Assembly: GCA_028534125.1 (NCBI GenBank)
Contig: CM052816.1
Span: 29,204,001 to 29,268,000 of the forward strand
Direction of reading: 5' to 3'
DNA length: 64,000 nt
Source: Lama glama
Taxonomy: Eukaryota
Position 1 is the stretch's first letter. Each line of letters begins with the position of its first letter. This document shows, piece after piece, positions 23,980-38,372 of this stretch. A program made the translations under genes and the position numbers. The notes beneath the pieces are model-generated. The model saw nothing but the letters and a program-made list of their open reading frames with translations, did not search any database and was not told the origin of the DNA.

Positions 23980-24724
23980 TACTATGAAGCCACTGTGGAA
24001 AACAGTATGGAGATTCCTCAAAAGACTAGGAATAGACTTACCATATGACCCAGGAATCCCGCTCCTGGGAATATATCCAGAAGGAATCCTATTTCAAAAT
24101 GACACCTGCACCTCAATGTTCATAGCAGCACTACTGACAATAGCCAAGACATGGAAGCAACCTAAATGTCCATTGACAGATGTTTGGGTAAAGAAGATGT
24201 GGGGTACACACACATACACACACATACACATACACACACACGAAGGAATATTACTCAGCCATAAAAAAGAATGAAATAATGCCATTTGCAGCAACATGGA
24301 TGGATGGACCTGGCGATTATCATACTAACTGAAGTAAATCAGACAGAGAAAGAGAAATATATGATTTATTACTTGTATATGGAATCTTATAAAATGACAC
24401 AAGTGAATTTATTTACAAAACAGAAAGAGACTCACAACATAGAAAACAAACTTATGGTTACCAAAGAGGAAAGGGGGAAGGTATAAATTAAGAGTTAGGA
24501 TTAGCATATACAAACTACTATATATAAAATAGATAAACAACAAGGTCCTATTGTATATAGCACAGGGGACTATACTCAATAGCTTGCAATAACCTATAAT
24601 GAGAACGAATATGAAAAAGAAAATGTGCGTGTGTGTGTGTGTGTGTAACTGAATCACTATGCTGTACACCAGACACTAGCACAACATTGTAAATCAATTA
24701 CATTTCAATTAAAAAACAATTTTT
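23980..24724 (+). mobile_element. L1 ORF2 end and 3'UTR
   Basis: ORF 23984..24274 PLWKTVWRFLKRLGIDLPYDPGIPLLGIYP. TAAGTTAAA occurs on both sides. Confidence 0.92.
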
Positions 24725-25769
24725 TAAGTTAAATCATTAAATGTATCTAGCCTGATTAATAGTAAAAATTGTAGGGGAAAGAATATAGATCTGTTACTAG
24801 AACCACCTGAGTCTGGATCTCAGCCACATTAATAAAGAGCTGCTGACTCAGGGCACCTTATTCTGAGCCTTGCTTTCCTCCCTAGAAATGGGGATAATAC
24901 CACCATCTTGCCATGTTCTTATATAAAGTGCTAACACGATGCTTGGTCTATGGTGGACACACAGTGCACGGTCCGTTTCCCCTCGCTGCACAGATCGTTT
25001 CAGCTTTCACCCCATTTCCCTTAATAGATTCATAGCTCTTAGAGAAAGGGCCTGAGACTCGCTTGCCTTCACAACCCTCAATACCCTCCACACCTAGCAT
25101 GAGTAGACACACATTCTTCTTGAATATAAATATGAGCATTTGGCTTCAAATTCAGTTATGTATCATACAGAAAAATTACATTTCTGTTCTAGCCTCAGTT
25201 TCAAAGGGCTATTTTTAAATTCCCAGAGAGTAGCTAAGATTACCTATTATTAAAAAAATAGACTTTCCTCAAGTCTCAGGCCATCATGTTCAAATGATGT
25301 TCTAGGCCTCATCCATTCACAAAAACAGGTTTTCAGTGACATTTCTAATATTTTTTAATGTTGACTGAATTTTAAGCTCCATTTCTCTCCTAAAGTAATG
25401 GCATTTCAAGACACAGCTAAAAGAGGAGGGGCAGGCAGAGGGTCTAATGGGGAAAGCCAACATCTGATATATCCAATTTCTGACCTGTGGTTCAGCCAGC
25501 TCAAGGAAAATTTTGTTGATCTCCAGTGTCTTCCCTGAGCAATAAAATTAAGAGAGTTCACTCCCACATGGCCTCAACCAGGCTGAGGTAATTGTTACTG
25601 TTATGGCTTTAGCGATTTGAGTGGGAGAAGATGAGAATTCTGAGATTTATTTACTGCAAAGCGTCCCAAATATCTCATTAATCTGCTTTTCATTTAGCAA
25701 ACTTTTTCTTCATTAAAAGTGCCATGCTCTGCTCTGCGGTTTATGACAAAGCAAAAATGTCTCTGGGAG

Positions 25770-26100
25770 GCAAAGCAGCAAAATGGAAAGAACATGGGCT
25801 CTGGAATGAGTTAGATCTGAGTTTCATTTCCAAGTGTGCTACTTACATGTTCTGTGACTGTGGGCGGTTTTCCTTAGGCTGTTAGAACCCCAGCTTCCTC
25901 ATCTGTAGAGAAGATGATTGGCCTGAGATCAGTCCTAGGACCTTGGGTGCTACATTTGTTTCCACTCTAAGGCTCAATGGTCATCTGCAAAATGAAGATC
26001 ATAATACCAACTTCATGCACTCTGTAATAAGGATTTAAATGAGCAAATGTATGTAAACTGATCAGAACAGAGTCTGACACAGAGTAAGCACTACGTGTTT
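25770..26100. mobile_element. MIR fragments
   Basis: cagcttcctcatctgta and catctgcaaaatgaagatcataatacc cores. Confidence 0.7.
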
Positions 26101-26184
26101 GATATCATCATCACCAACATCATCATTAAGGATTAAGTGACACTTAAAGGGTGCTTTGCACAGTGACTTGCATCTGGCATATAG

Positions 26185-26796
26185 TGTTAGGACAGGTAAA
26201 TAGCTAGATATGAGCAGAGAAAGGGGCAGGGGGCATGGCATAGGCCGAATGGCAGGAAATCATACATCTTGTAAATAATCGGGGTCCTTGGGCAGATAAA
26301 GAAAAGCAGGAACCTCCTGACTGGCAGGAAACCACACATTTTGGGGTGACAAGGATCTGACAGGCACACAAAGAAAGATGGGAATAGGTGGGAATTTTTG
26401 GTGTCCGAATGTAACCTTTTGCTCATTATGCCCTCATTACAACAGAATTAGCCTTGCAGATTAGACATACTCATCATGCACTGATGCCATGACTCTTCCA
26501 ATCAAGTCTAAATAAGGACAAAATCCCTCTTCCCCCCAGCAAGGTGGAGCTGGGATGAAAATCAGGAAATACAATCCAAAACCCCTCCCTCCTCAACAAA
26601 TATTCTGCCCATTCATTTTTACACCCCATGTATCCAACTTGCCAAAGAAACTCAGGGCAGCTACTCACCGGAGTCTGCTTGTTCTCCTCTTGAGAAAGTA
26701 CTGTCACTTAATAAATCTTCCCTTTGCTTTCTTGACCTCCATATCTTGTCTCTGAATTCTTTCTGCAATAACATAAGAACCTACTCTCTAGTAACA
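26185..26796 (+). mobile_element. ERV1-type solo LTR (612 bp)
   Basis: TGTTA...TAACA termini, 4-bp TSD ATAG, AATAAA at 26710-26715. Confidence 0.88.
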
Positions 26797-27882
26797 ATAG
26801 GAATTGGTCAATAAATGCACAGGAAAACATCTTCCCTCACAACTCGAAACTTTGCTGTGGGGTCTGAAGAAACTCCTTGGGTGGGAGGAGATTTTCAAAA
26901 TTATATACTCAGAACTTGAGAGAAGGAGGGGTCATGGAGATCAAGCCTATTTACAAAGAAACTGATGGAGGCAGAGGGGGAGAGCTGGGATAGGAGGGAG
27001 AGAAGGGAGCCTCCCTGATCTGATGGGACAGTTGACAGAAAAGAAAGTTCCAGGTCTCCTGATATTCAGATTACTGCATTCTTTTCGCCACTGCATGCTG
27101 CCTTTTAAGTGTTGTCTTGGTTGAGAAATATCTTCCTATAAACAACGTTCGAATTGTCAAGTGACAGCTGATTTTCTTTAAGCCTTTAATACAGTGATAA
27201 TAAAGAAAAGATGAGGACTCAGGACTCACGAAGATGCTGGGAACATAAAGGGAGAGGATGGCTCCCTGACAATATTCCTAGGGGTCCTGGTTCAGAGCAG
27301 GACCTCACCCAGGACAGTAAAACAGGGACAGGGCACCCAGATACTGGCTACCCACAAACCTAGGTCCAGCAAGCTCTGCCTCCCTTGGTTAATTTTAAAT
27401 GCTGATTTTATATCCCAGTTTAGATTTGTTTTGTTTTGTAGGGACAGCATCACTGAGTTCCTGTTCCTTATTCCTTAGCCCTAGGAATGAGAGCCCTTTC
27501 CAGCTGATTTGGCATCACTCACCACCAGAGCGAGGTAGAATGTTCCTCTTCTGATTGGAAACATTAACTTTCCTTCAATGGGTCTCCTTCATTTCTTTCC
27601 CTTCAGTCAGGGAGACAGAGCTGACCTAAGGCATTTGCTTTTCAAAGCAGTTTTCACTTCAATAGCTGAGAAAAAAAAATTCAATTAACCAGAGAAACAG
27701 AAGCCAAGAATACAAGATAGACAGAACAGAAAATAGAAAGGAATAAAAATCAGCCCTAGGTTAAACACAAATATTGATATTTGGGGCCCCGTAAGCTTGA
27801 GTCTAGGTTCTATTTTATGCTGAGATTCTGGGCCCCCCTGGCAACTAATAAATATTTTCAAGGGGAGGACAAGGTGATGGTC

Positions 27883-28136
27883 CTTTTTTTTTTTTAGAAG
27901 TATAGTCAGTTTACAATGTTGTATCAATTTCTAGTGTGAAGCATAATAGTTCAGTCATATATATACATACATATATTTGCTTTCATATTCTTTTTCATTA
28001 TATGTTACTGTAAGATATTGAATATAGTTCCCTGTGCTATACAGTATAAACTTGCTGTTCCTCTATTTTACATATGCTAGTTAGTATCTGCAAATCTCGC
28101 ACTCCAAATTTATCTCTTCCAATCCCCTTTCCTCCC
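27883..28136 (-). mobile_element. L1 3' end
   Basis: Poly-T start. TSD TGATGGTC at 27875-27882 and 28137-28144. Confidence 0.9.
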
Positions 28137-29053
28137 TGATGGTCTTAATATAGTTGTTAATGTTCCCCAGATTTGTCCATGGCCTACCTACCCTCATGGA
28201 CTCAATGCTAAAAAGAGAGGGCTGGACATTTAAAAATAAAGAGAAGGCGTACTAACAATCCTGCCTGCTTTGAGATCCACACATATCCCAAAAGGGAGAA
28301 GAAGATAGCACATCCCGCTTCTGCCTGGCCCACATCAAGAACTCCAAGAAAGAAATCAGAGGCAGAGGCAAGAATGGTACCAGGGTAGGCTGCCAACTGA
28401 GAGCAAAATCTAGATTCCCTCTGAGGGCAGCCAACCTCCCAACGTGGGGGCTGAAGCAGGAAGAAAGGAAACGTATCACAGAACCCACAGGAGGCTGGCG
28501 GAACTGGCGCACACAGACAATCCCTGGGACTCCACTAGGGGGAAATGGGGAGGACTTAGAGGTTTGTAATCACCTAAGAGATCGAAAGTTAAAAATATGG
28601 GTTATGACCATTGATGTGACCCCTTTTAAAACTCCAGGCTAGCACGGCCAGAGAAAATGGGCTGACACTGGTAATATCACCTCCTTCTGTTATTTCTCTA
28701 CAATTTAATCCACACACAGTGTTATAACGAGGATCCCTAGTGGGCTGTATTCATCTAGACTCTCTTCTGATGCAGGTGTTTCCAGTAAAAGAAATATGAG
28801 TCTTGATTCTTAGAATTTAATTATGTGCTGCTTTTCATATATTAAAGTAATTCAAACTGTTGTACCACTGAGGTATATGATTTGTGTTCCTTTTCTTATA
28901 AGTAGGATGGACTGATATGGAATCAGCCATTTTCTTCCTCAGGTTCTCTTGCAACTAATCACACATGTTGGAGAAAAAGCAGATCAGGGCGAAAGGCACA
29001 GTGTGTGTCCCTGAGAGAATTTTTCCGCAAAGCAGCACTATAATATAAAGAAC

Positions 29054-29404
29054 TGTTAATCGGTTAAACAAGGAGGCCGTTAGACTGAGGGGGTTCTAAT
29101 ACAGTAGCAGCTAGTGTAAACAAACCAAAGCCTAAGCCTGAAATGCCTCAAGGTTAAGAAACCAAAACCTAAGAACAACCAATCACAAAGAGCCAACTGG
29201 GCTTTCCCAAATAATGCAGCGCTTAAGCCAATCAGGTAATTCCCTTACTTTGTTCCCCAGCATCTTCTCTAGAGAAGTTCTCCTCCTACTTCCTGTAGGG
29301 GGAGCACTTCTAACCACTTCCCATTTAGTGCTGCTTGATTCGAATCAATTTTATGCCAAAATAAACTCTTAAAATTTGAATATGCCTCAGTTTATTTTTT
29401 AACA
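29054..29404 (+). mobile_element. ERV1-type solo LTR (351 bp)
   Basis: TGTTAA...TTAACA termini, TSD GAAC, CCAAT boxes, AATAAA near 29360. Confidence 0.85.
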
Positions 29405-31719
29405 GAACTAAGCAACACTGTCCAGAATATTAAAAAAAAAACTCACTACTATTAGCTAGGGTATTAAAGTATTAGAGTATTAGCCTCATTCTGTCTGGGC
29501 CTCAGTTTCCTCGTGAATTAAAAAAAACTTTACACCTTAGATTTCATGTGTCTCCCCTTGGGGTGCTCGTGGGAGTCAAAAGAGATTATTTGAAATGTTT
29601 TCTAACCTGTAAAGAACTGTAAACATAAGGGGCTACCTAGTTCGTTGGAGTAATGGTCCTTTGTTCTCAGTTAAAATACCTGTTCCCCTAACTGATTTAC
29701 AATTTATTAAGTTATAAAATGTAGCACTCCAGCTCACAATTCTCATGCAATGACAGGAAGTACAAAGGCAAAGAAAAAGACCAGATGGCCTCCCATCACA
29801 GTGGCTGGGCACTTTCAGCTCATATTGGAAATCTCCATATGATGTTACATTCTAATGTCCAATAATAAACTTTCTTTCAGAGAACAAAGAAAATGTGTGC
29901 CAATACTGAGTTGTTCTTGCCATTCTTATCTTAAATGCATGTGGGTGTCTTCTTAAGGCATTTTACAAATCAACATGCCACCAACCTAGTGAAATGTGGC
30001 CACACACCAAAAGTATGACTAAAGAGAAGCATCCATCTCCTGAAAAAAAAGAATGGCTTTTAGCAAACAGAATAAGAAAGAAATTAGAGTCCGTGGGTGG
30101 TGACAGCAGAAGACATGGGCCATCCATTGAAACCTCATTTTCTCTGAAATTTTATCTTAAAAGAGGCCCAACCTCCAAAAAGCCAGTTTCCATATTGCCT
30201 AGGGAAAATGATGTCAAAAAAATTTGAATATTTTTCAAATAACTTTCCTTAATGCCCTGTGCAACAGAGAAATCTCACAAGCCTGTAAATCTTAACAAAG
30301 CCATTGTTTCCAGCTCTAAACTCTGCCTTTGGGTTTGGCTTTCTCTCTTCCTTTCTGGATGAATAGCATTTTCAATCAAGCGGTTTTTCTTGTTACTCTG
30401 GGAACCAAGCTCATTTTGCACAAACATAAGTCTCATTTTCAGGCTCTCTGGCCTCCCCTTCCCTCTCTTATCACTACTCGAACATGAGTCATACATTTTA
30501 GGAACTTCATGGGGTAGGGGAGATGCTGTGCAGTGGGACAAATTGCTTTTGAAATCTTAGGAACTGGGTCACCTCGGAGAAGATACTTCAGCCCTGAGTC
30601 AGGATCTCACTGCAAACCACTGACAATAGTGACACTAGTAAGGATAAGACTGCACTCTGGGACGCCTCCTCTATGAATGCTCTACTGTCCTCTTTCCCCT
30701 CCCTTGGTAAGAACGGCCCACTCCCCACTTTTGCCCCCACTGAGGTGTGGACAAACTTCGATCACAACATTTCAGTCATTTAATTGCTTACATTTCTGGT
30801 CTACCCTTACCAGACTGAAGGCTTGGCAGGGCAGCACACCTGCCTTATTTATTTTAGGAACCCCCAAATCATGCTTGCCAATGATTGTTATGGAATAGGT
30901 TCAAAAGAAATGTCTGTTGAAGGATTAATTTGTTAATTGACTAGTTCACTGAATGAATGGCACAGATGAAAGCACCTAATAAACCTCCCATCACTAGGCA
31001 AATGTAAGTCATTATTCTGTGGAATTCCATAAATTAGCCTTGAACTTAAGGCAATTAGGCAATTCCTCAAAGTCAAGAGGTAATGAATCTTTTAAATGTT
31101 CTTATTTCATAGCATCCTTTGTTTTTGTTTGCTTATTTATTTAATCCAGAGAGCGGCCAAGAATTTACACACCTTAAAATAATAACACACTAAAAGAAAA
31201 GTCCATGCAACAGAAATATTGAGAAACATTTGCTGGTTAAATTAGCATTGCCCCTTACAGATGCAATGATGAAATAACATACTTTAAGTTCTTCCTTGGG
31301 TACAAACTGGTGTCCTGGTGAGACCATCAATGCTAACGCCAACACAAAACATTGAGGAAACTGTCCTCAGATGCCCGTTTTGTTTTCATCAGTTGCTCTC
31401 AGTGTGAGTAGTTACAGGAAGTAGCTGGATGTTTGGGGTTTTTTTTTTCCATTATTTAATTCATAACTATTGGACACCAGCTGCACATTGGCTAAGTACA
31501 AGAGATGTAATCAAGGATTTCAAGGTGGGATGTGGGTTGCCTGAAAGGGTCTCGACAAGATCACAAATACCATAACCAAACCAGTATGAAATGCCAGAAG
31601 ACAAATACATAACTCCCTAGTGCAGTGGGTCTAAAGACAGAGAGAAATAACAAGCAGTTGGAGAAGATGAGAAAAGACTTCATGGAGGAGGTGGTAGATG
31701 TGATAAAAGTTGAGCTTTG

Positions 31720-31992
31720 ACTCACAGACACAGTAAACAATCTTATGATTACCAGGGGAAAGGGGGTGAGAATGGATAGATAGGGAGCTCAAGATTTGTA
31801 AATATTAACTACTATACATAAAAATAGATAAAAAATAAATTTCTTCTGTATAGCACAGGGAATTACATTCAATATTCTATAATAATGAAAAAGAATATGA
31901 AAACAAATAAGTATGTATATGCATGACTGGGACATTAAGCTGTACACCAGAAACTGACACATTGTAACTGACTATATTTCAATTTAAAAAAA
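31720..31992 (+). mobile_element. L1 3' end inserted in an L2-like relic
   Basis: TSD aaaagttgagctttg (31705-31719) and aaaagttaagccttg (31993-32007). Confidence 0.88.
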
Positions 31993-33904
31993 AAAAGTTA
32001 AGCCTTGGACAAAAAGTCAATCCACATAGGCAGGGAGGACAGTATGGGAGGATGGAGGAGTGGGGATGCTAGGGAGGCACGAGGCTACACAGAAGGGAGG
32101 GCCAGCTCCCATGGCTGTTTTTAGTCTTCATTTCTAGAAGCTTCCATCCCATCTACTCCTGGTATGCTAATGTGACTCTGGTAATAACCAATTTGAGATT
32201 GGCTTTATTTAATGTGAAATAACATTGATATTATTACTGTAAATCTCTCTCCCTTTTCACAGCGGCAATAAATATTATCTTGAAGCTATGCACTGAATAC
32301 TATACTTATATAATATCCCTAGAGAATTTATTAAAAATTGAAGTAGATTTGAAGTATATTGTAACTATATTTTAATTTTGATTGGAATTCAAAACAAATA
32401 CTTCTTAGCCTTTTCTGAAAATGATCTGTGCTTAACACAGAAAAGCCTTTTAATTATTATAGCAAAACATCTTGCCAACTTCTTCATTTCATCCTGGCCG
32501 GATTCTGATCTCTAGCATTCGAATTAGCTTCTTTGGAATATTTTTAAGAGCTGAAAATGGACATGTATAACTGTAAAATATCAAATTCTAGAACCACCCC
32601 TTCAATCTGTAATAGAAATAAAGAATCATTATAATGGAATGTCTTCCAAACTAGAGTTCTGCAGGATATTAATAGGTGTTTCATTAAAATATGAGAAATG
32701 TTAAAGGAACAAACATAATAAGTCAAAGCTTCTGTTTTGTTTTATCTATAAGACTTCTTACAGTCATTAATATATTCTTGCAAGTTTTGACTCTCCAAAG
32801 AAGGGATATATGTTTCTACACTTATTTTATAGTTAATTTTTTAGCCACATTTCCAGAATGTTGTTTCAGAAAATACCAATCTGAGAAACACTTATCTAAT
32901 GAATTACTCTAAATTAAAGATAATGTCACAAGTCACCTTGGGGAGTTCAGGTAACCTCAATAGAAATTTTCCTCTTCATCCAAAAAGGTCATGCTTAGCC
33001 AACAAAACAAAACACCCCAAAAAACCAGAATATCAATCTACAAACAAAACCAAAAAAAGTTACATGAATGATGTGGCAAGTGTCACTAACTAACTTAATT
33101 CTTTCAAGATGCCAAAACAAAAACTTTAATAATTGATTTCAAAGAAATATTGAGATTTTCCTGTAGTACAGAACATAGTTGATACGCTAGAAAACAGGTA
33201 GTCAGTTACCATATATTAGAAAAGCAGATACAGAAGCTGCTTCATACATGTTTCCTCGCTTGCCGAACATTTACCATTAGAATATCTAATTTAAAAGCTC
33301 CCAGAGGTACTTACTCAAGATTCATTATCCAAATCCAAAAACTTGCTTCAGCCACGCTGCACATGCCTGCCAGAGAAAGCATTAAGGTGGCACAAAAGCT
33401 GCAGGGAAAAGGGCCCTCTCACCTGTTCTCCAGACTTTGATCAAAATATTATGCATGATGACATCACCACCCTCACGTGACTAAGAGCAAAGTTGATGGA
33501 AAGAGTAGAATAGGAGAAAGGCCTGTGAAGAAAGCAGGTAGGTCTTAAGAGGAGTGGGAAAGCCCATGAATTAGGAGAAAAGAGAGATGTGATGAGGTAC
33601 ATGAAGAGAAGTGAGCTTGTGAAAGACACAAGCTTGTCCCTGCGCATGTCTCCATCATCCAGGTCTATGATTTTTTTCTACATATGAAAAACTTTTAAAG
33701 ATATTTGAAATCACAATTGGTTCCGGAGAACTTCGTCATGTTTTATAGGTATGTACCAGTGATGCAGCAACTTGGAGGAAAACGTTTTGTGTTTTTGAGT
33801 GGGCTAGAAATGCTTTACAATTTTCCCCTTTAAAATAATGGGGTATAGGCTACCACTGTTCAAAAATGTGACATCAAAAATATTTACTTAAAAAAAATTT
33901 GCTT

Positions 33905-34180
33905 AGCCATCAGCAGATGAATAGATAATGAAGTGGTATAGGTATACAGTGGAATACTGCTCAGCCATAAAAAAGAATGAAATTTTGCCATTTGCAGCAA
34001 CATGGGAGTACTCAGAGGGCATTATGCTGAGTGAAATAAGTCAGACAGAAAAGGACAGATACTGTATGATACCACTGATGTGTAGAACCAAAAAAATACA
34101 ATAAACTAATGAATAAAACAAAAAGGAGACAGACTAGCCGATAGAGAGAAAGGACTAGTTGTTGCCAGTGGGAAGAGGGA
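33905..34180 (+). mobile_element. L1 3'UTR-proximal fragment
   Basis: ggaatactgctcagccataaaaaagaatgaaattttgccatttgcagcaacatgg. Confidence 0.85.
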
Positions 34181-36095
34181 ACTGAATAGAGAGTCCAGAA
34201 ATGAACCTATACTTATATGGGCAATTATTCTACAACAAATGAGGCAAGAAAATGCAACGGGGAAAAGACAGCCTCTTTAATACATGGTGCAGGGAAAACT
34301 GGACAGCTACATGCAAAAGAATCAAACTGGACTACTTTCTCACACCGTATACAAAAATAAACTCAAAATGATTAGAAACCTAAATGTAAGACCTAAAACC
34401 ATAAAACTCCTAGAAGAAAACATAGACAGTATGCTCTTTGACAGTGGTCTTAGCAATAATGTTTCGGTTATGTCTCCTCAGGCAAAGGAAACAAAGACAA
34501 AAATAAACAAATGGGACTACATCAGTCTAAAAAGCTTTTGCACAGCAAGGTAAACTATCAACAAAACAAAAAGACAGCCTACCGAATAGGAGAATATTTG
34601 CAAATGATATACCTTACAAGGGGTTAATATCCAAATATACAAAGAATTCATACAGCTCAACATCCAGAAAACAAACAACCCAATTAAAAAATGTGTAGAG
34701 GACCTGAACGTGCATTTTACCGAAGATTTCATACAGATGGCCAACAGACACATGAAAAGATGCTCAGCATCACTAATCATCAGGGAAATGCAAATCAAAA
34801 ACACAGTGATACCACCTCACACCTGTCAGAATGACTACTATTAAAAAGATAACAAATAACAAGTATCAGCAAGGGTGCAGAAAGGGAACCCTCATGCATC
34901 ATTGGTGGGACTGTAAATTGGTGCAGCCACTATGGAAAACACTAGGTAGATCCTCAAAAAATTAAAAATAGAACCATAAAATCCAGCAATGCCACTTCAT
35001 AAGTTAAACAAGAAAATCAGTGTCATTACTTCATAGGGAGATTCCAGTTGATTAAAATATCGTTTACCCTATTTTCCAGATCTGGCTGTTAACATCTTTG
35101 TCTAGTCTCCAAATCAAGTCTACTCTTACCTGATGAAAATTTGTCACCACTGAGTCCATGTAATAAACTACAGGAAATTTTAAAAGAGGTTTTCAAAAAT
35201 ATTTTGAGCAAAGGCAGCATTGTTGAAGTAAATTTATAGACTCCTGAGGTGTCTAGTTGGAGAAAGTATAACCCTTTGTTTTGGCAGGTATTGAGTCACT
35301 TACTCGATGAACAGTTCAAATATATATTCAGGAAATCTTCCTTATCCAAATCTAAGTGAATAATTTTTTTAATTTAAAATTTTCTTTTAATTTTTATTTT
35401 TTGAATGAAAGATTCTTTAAATTCTACAGTGCTTCACAGTTTTCAAAAATTTCACAAATATGATTTCTTGTAATCCCATAGTAACCCCCTTTTTTATCCT
35501 CTACCCCTATGATGCCCCTCCCTATTCTACTAATTAGAAAAGATATATGCACTTCAATGTTTATTGCAGCATTATTTAAGATAGCCAAGATATGGAAGCA
35601 ACCTAAATGTCCATAGATAGACAAATGGATAAAGATAAGGTATACATATATACAATGGAATATTACTCAGTCACACAAAAAAAACTTGCCGTTTGTGACA
35701 ACACGGATGGACCTGGAGGATATCATGCTAGGTGAAATTAGTCAGACAGAGAAAGACAAATACCACATGATCTCACTTATATGTAGAATCTAAAAACAAA
35801 ACAAAATGAATACATACAGGAACAAGTGGGTGATTGCCAGAAGTAGGGGTGGGGAGGTGAACTACGTGTAGAAGATAAGAGGTACAAACCTACTGCTGTA
35901 TGATAAATAAGTCACAGGAATATAATATACAGCATAAGGACTATGGTCAATAATATTATAATAACTTTGTATGCAGACAGCTGGTTACTAGAGTTATTAT
36001 GGTGATCATTTTATAAGGTATGCAAATGTCAAATCATTCTATAGCATACCTGAAACTAACATAATATCATACATCAATTTCAATTTAAAAAAAGA
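34181..36095 (+). mobile_element. L1 ORF2 C-terminus and 3'UTR, interrupted at ~35000-35527
   Basis: ORF 34284..34553 [32 protein letters not shown]1 sequence resumes at actaattagaaaagatatatgcac. Confidence 0.88.
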
Positions 36096-36389
36096 CTTTC
36101 CTGAAATGAAAATAAAGTGAGGCAAAAACTACTTGTTGCCTACAGAATACCTATTCTCCTTTCTCAGTAGCAGAATTCAATTTTGCTGGGACCATAATAA
36201 GTTCATCTAAAACAAAAAATATTTTCCCACGTCCCTTGGGGTTGCTATAGTTATGCAACACCAGCTCTGGTCTAAGAAATGAAAGTAGTAAAATTTCCCA
36301 AAGGAAGAACAGAATCTGTTGATAGTGCTGCATCTTGCTGAAACACGAGCACAGTGCTGAGATGCTGGAGATGGGATCTCCAGTGTACA

Positions 36390-36890
36390 ACCTCGAGTAG
36401 AATAGTAGGAAAGGCCAAGAGAAGAACTGCCAGGTGGGACCTCCAGGAAGCAGACACCGAGTCAGAGGTGTGCAATGCCGCGATTATTGGGAGAGTAAAG
36501 ATAGAAAGTGTGGTTCTGGGAAGGAATGGTCCACAAAAGCCTTTAGATTTTCTGATTTGAAAATCTGATCACACTTAGGAAAGGAAAAGGGGGAAGAAGG
36601 CAGTACTGGGCAAGCAGAACCCTGAACTAAGATGCAAATCTGACAAACTTTCAGCAAATACAACGGGAACCTCCAGAGCAGAGACTATTCGTTTGATGAG
36701 TCCTACATGGGACGGAAATGGCCTAATCTGCCGTCTTCAGTCGTGCCTTGGGGGCTGCCTGGGAAGAACATGGCTTTGGATCAAAAACTCAAGTGTATCC
36801 TGAAAGCACTGCATTTGGAGCCTCTCGAGACAGCAAATTCTTTCTTGAAGGAAGATCTAAGCAGTGGACCTGCATGGCCACCACTGCGGT
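36390..36890. mobile_element. Old ERVL-like LTR relic
   Basis: ctccaggaagcagacaccgag...attgggagag start resembles LTR16/33-class elements. Family uncertain. Confidence 0.4.
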
Positions 36891-38027
36891 GAAGGTCTCA
36901 GCCCCAACATCCTTAAGCTGTAATTTCTGCCAGCAACTCCCCATTTCTGGCTTCTCGTGTTGGGAAAATGAAACCCCTAATTTATTTAGTCCCCTGTTTT
37001 GGGGTTTCGGTTCTCTGTGCTTCTATAAATTATCAACCCAGATTCCACTGGGCAAGTTCCTAGTTACCAGTAAATTAGGTGCCTAGGGAGACGCAGCCAC
37101 CATTCCAGGGTATGAGCTCTCTATTCAATGAAACCACAGCCTGGGAGCAACGCTGTCACCAGGCAAATACGAGTTCTAGTTTCCCAGGGGAACTTGGTAG
37201 TGATAACAATGTGAATAATTGCTTGCAAAAACAGAAATAATAGGCTTAATGAGTGTCTGCTTAGAGGGCATTAGTTTGGGCTTTAGTGCAAGGACTTTTG
37301 TATAGCTACACACATTAGAGAAATTACTGTTTTCTTACTTCTGGACTCTTGACTGCATCATCAGTGACTGAAATACTAGAAGTATGACTTTCAGATAGCC
37401 TTAGGAAGCACACTTTAATCTCACTGGACTTCAAATTCCCTCCTTACAAGTGAAGAAGCTGGATTATGTGCCACTGAATGTATAACAGGCAATTTAACAC
37501 ACAGAATGAGTGATGCAGGATTTTGAAGCGGACAGTTGAGCAGGGGATGATGCCATAACCCAGATATTAGCAGCAACAGGAAGCCAATACCACCTCCAGG
37601 CTGGAGAACAAACAGAAGAGGCAGTACTGCTGAAGCTCAAGATTGTCCATCAGCCAACAAAGCTGGAACCACAGAGGACCTGTCCAGTGGGAACTGGAGC
37701 CAGGGGGGAAATTTATGTGCTGCCAGACAATCAGCCCAAGGCAGAGGGAGAAGGGAAAAGAATTTGGCTTCCACCTTTCCCTTCCCTCAACTTCCTTCCA
37801 GGCTCTTAGCAGGGCCTCCTTAGTTACTGGCTAAACTCAGTGAGAAGCCAGTAAACACAGGAGTTTGGTAACCCACAGCCTTCGTGGGTCAGCCCCTCCA
37901 TGACAGAGAACACAGTAGCGGAAGGGCAAGAGAAGGAACTCAGGTTGAGCAAAGACCACCAGAGTCTAGACCAAAGGCATCCACATTTTTTCAGAAACAG
38001 GTCTCATGAAAATCAAAATGTAATTGG

Positions 38028-38372
38028 TTAACATTTGCAAATCTCAAACTCCCGAATTTATCCCTTCCCACTTCCTTTCCAAAGTAACCAAAATATTGTT
38101 TACTATGCCTGCGAGTCTGTTTTCGTTTTGTAGATGAGTTCACAGTGTCCTCTTTTTTCTTTTTTTTAAGGTATGTTCAATATATATACATACACACAAA
38201 TATTTGTTTCCATATTCTTCATTAAAGGTTACTACAAGATATATATATACACACATGACTGGGACATTAGGCTGTACACCAGAAATTGACACATTGTAAC
38301 TGACTATACTTTAGTAAAAACAAATAAATAAATAAAATAAAATTCCTGCACCAAAAAAAATTAAATTAAAAA
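38028..38372 (+). mobile_element. Rearranged, 5'-inverted L1 3' end
   Basis: TSD CAAAATGTAATTGG (38014-38027) and CAAAACGTAATTGG (38373-38386). Internal blocks have mixed orientation. Confidence 0.8.
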
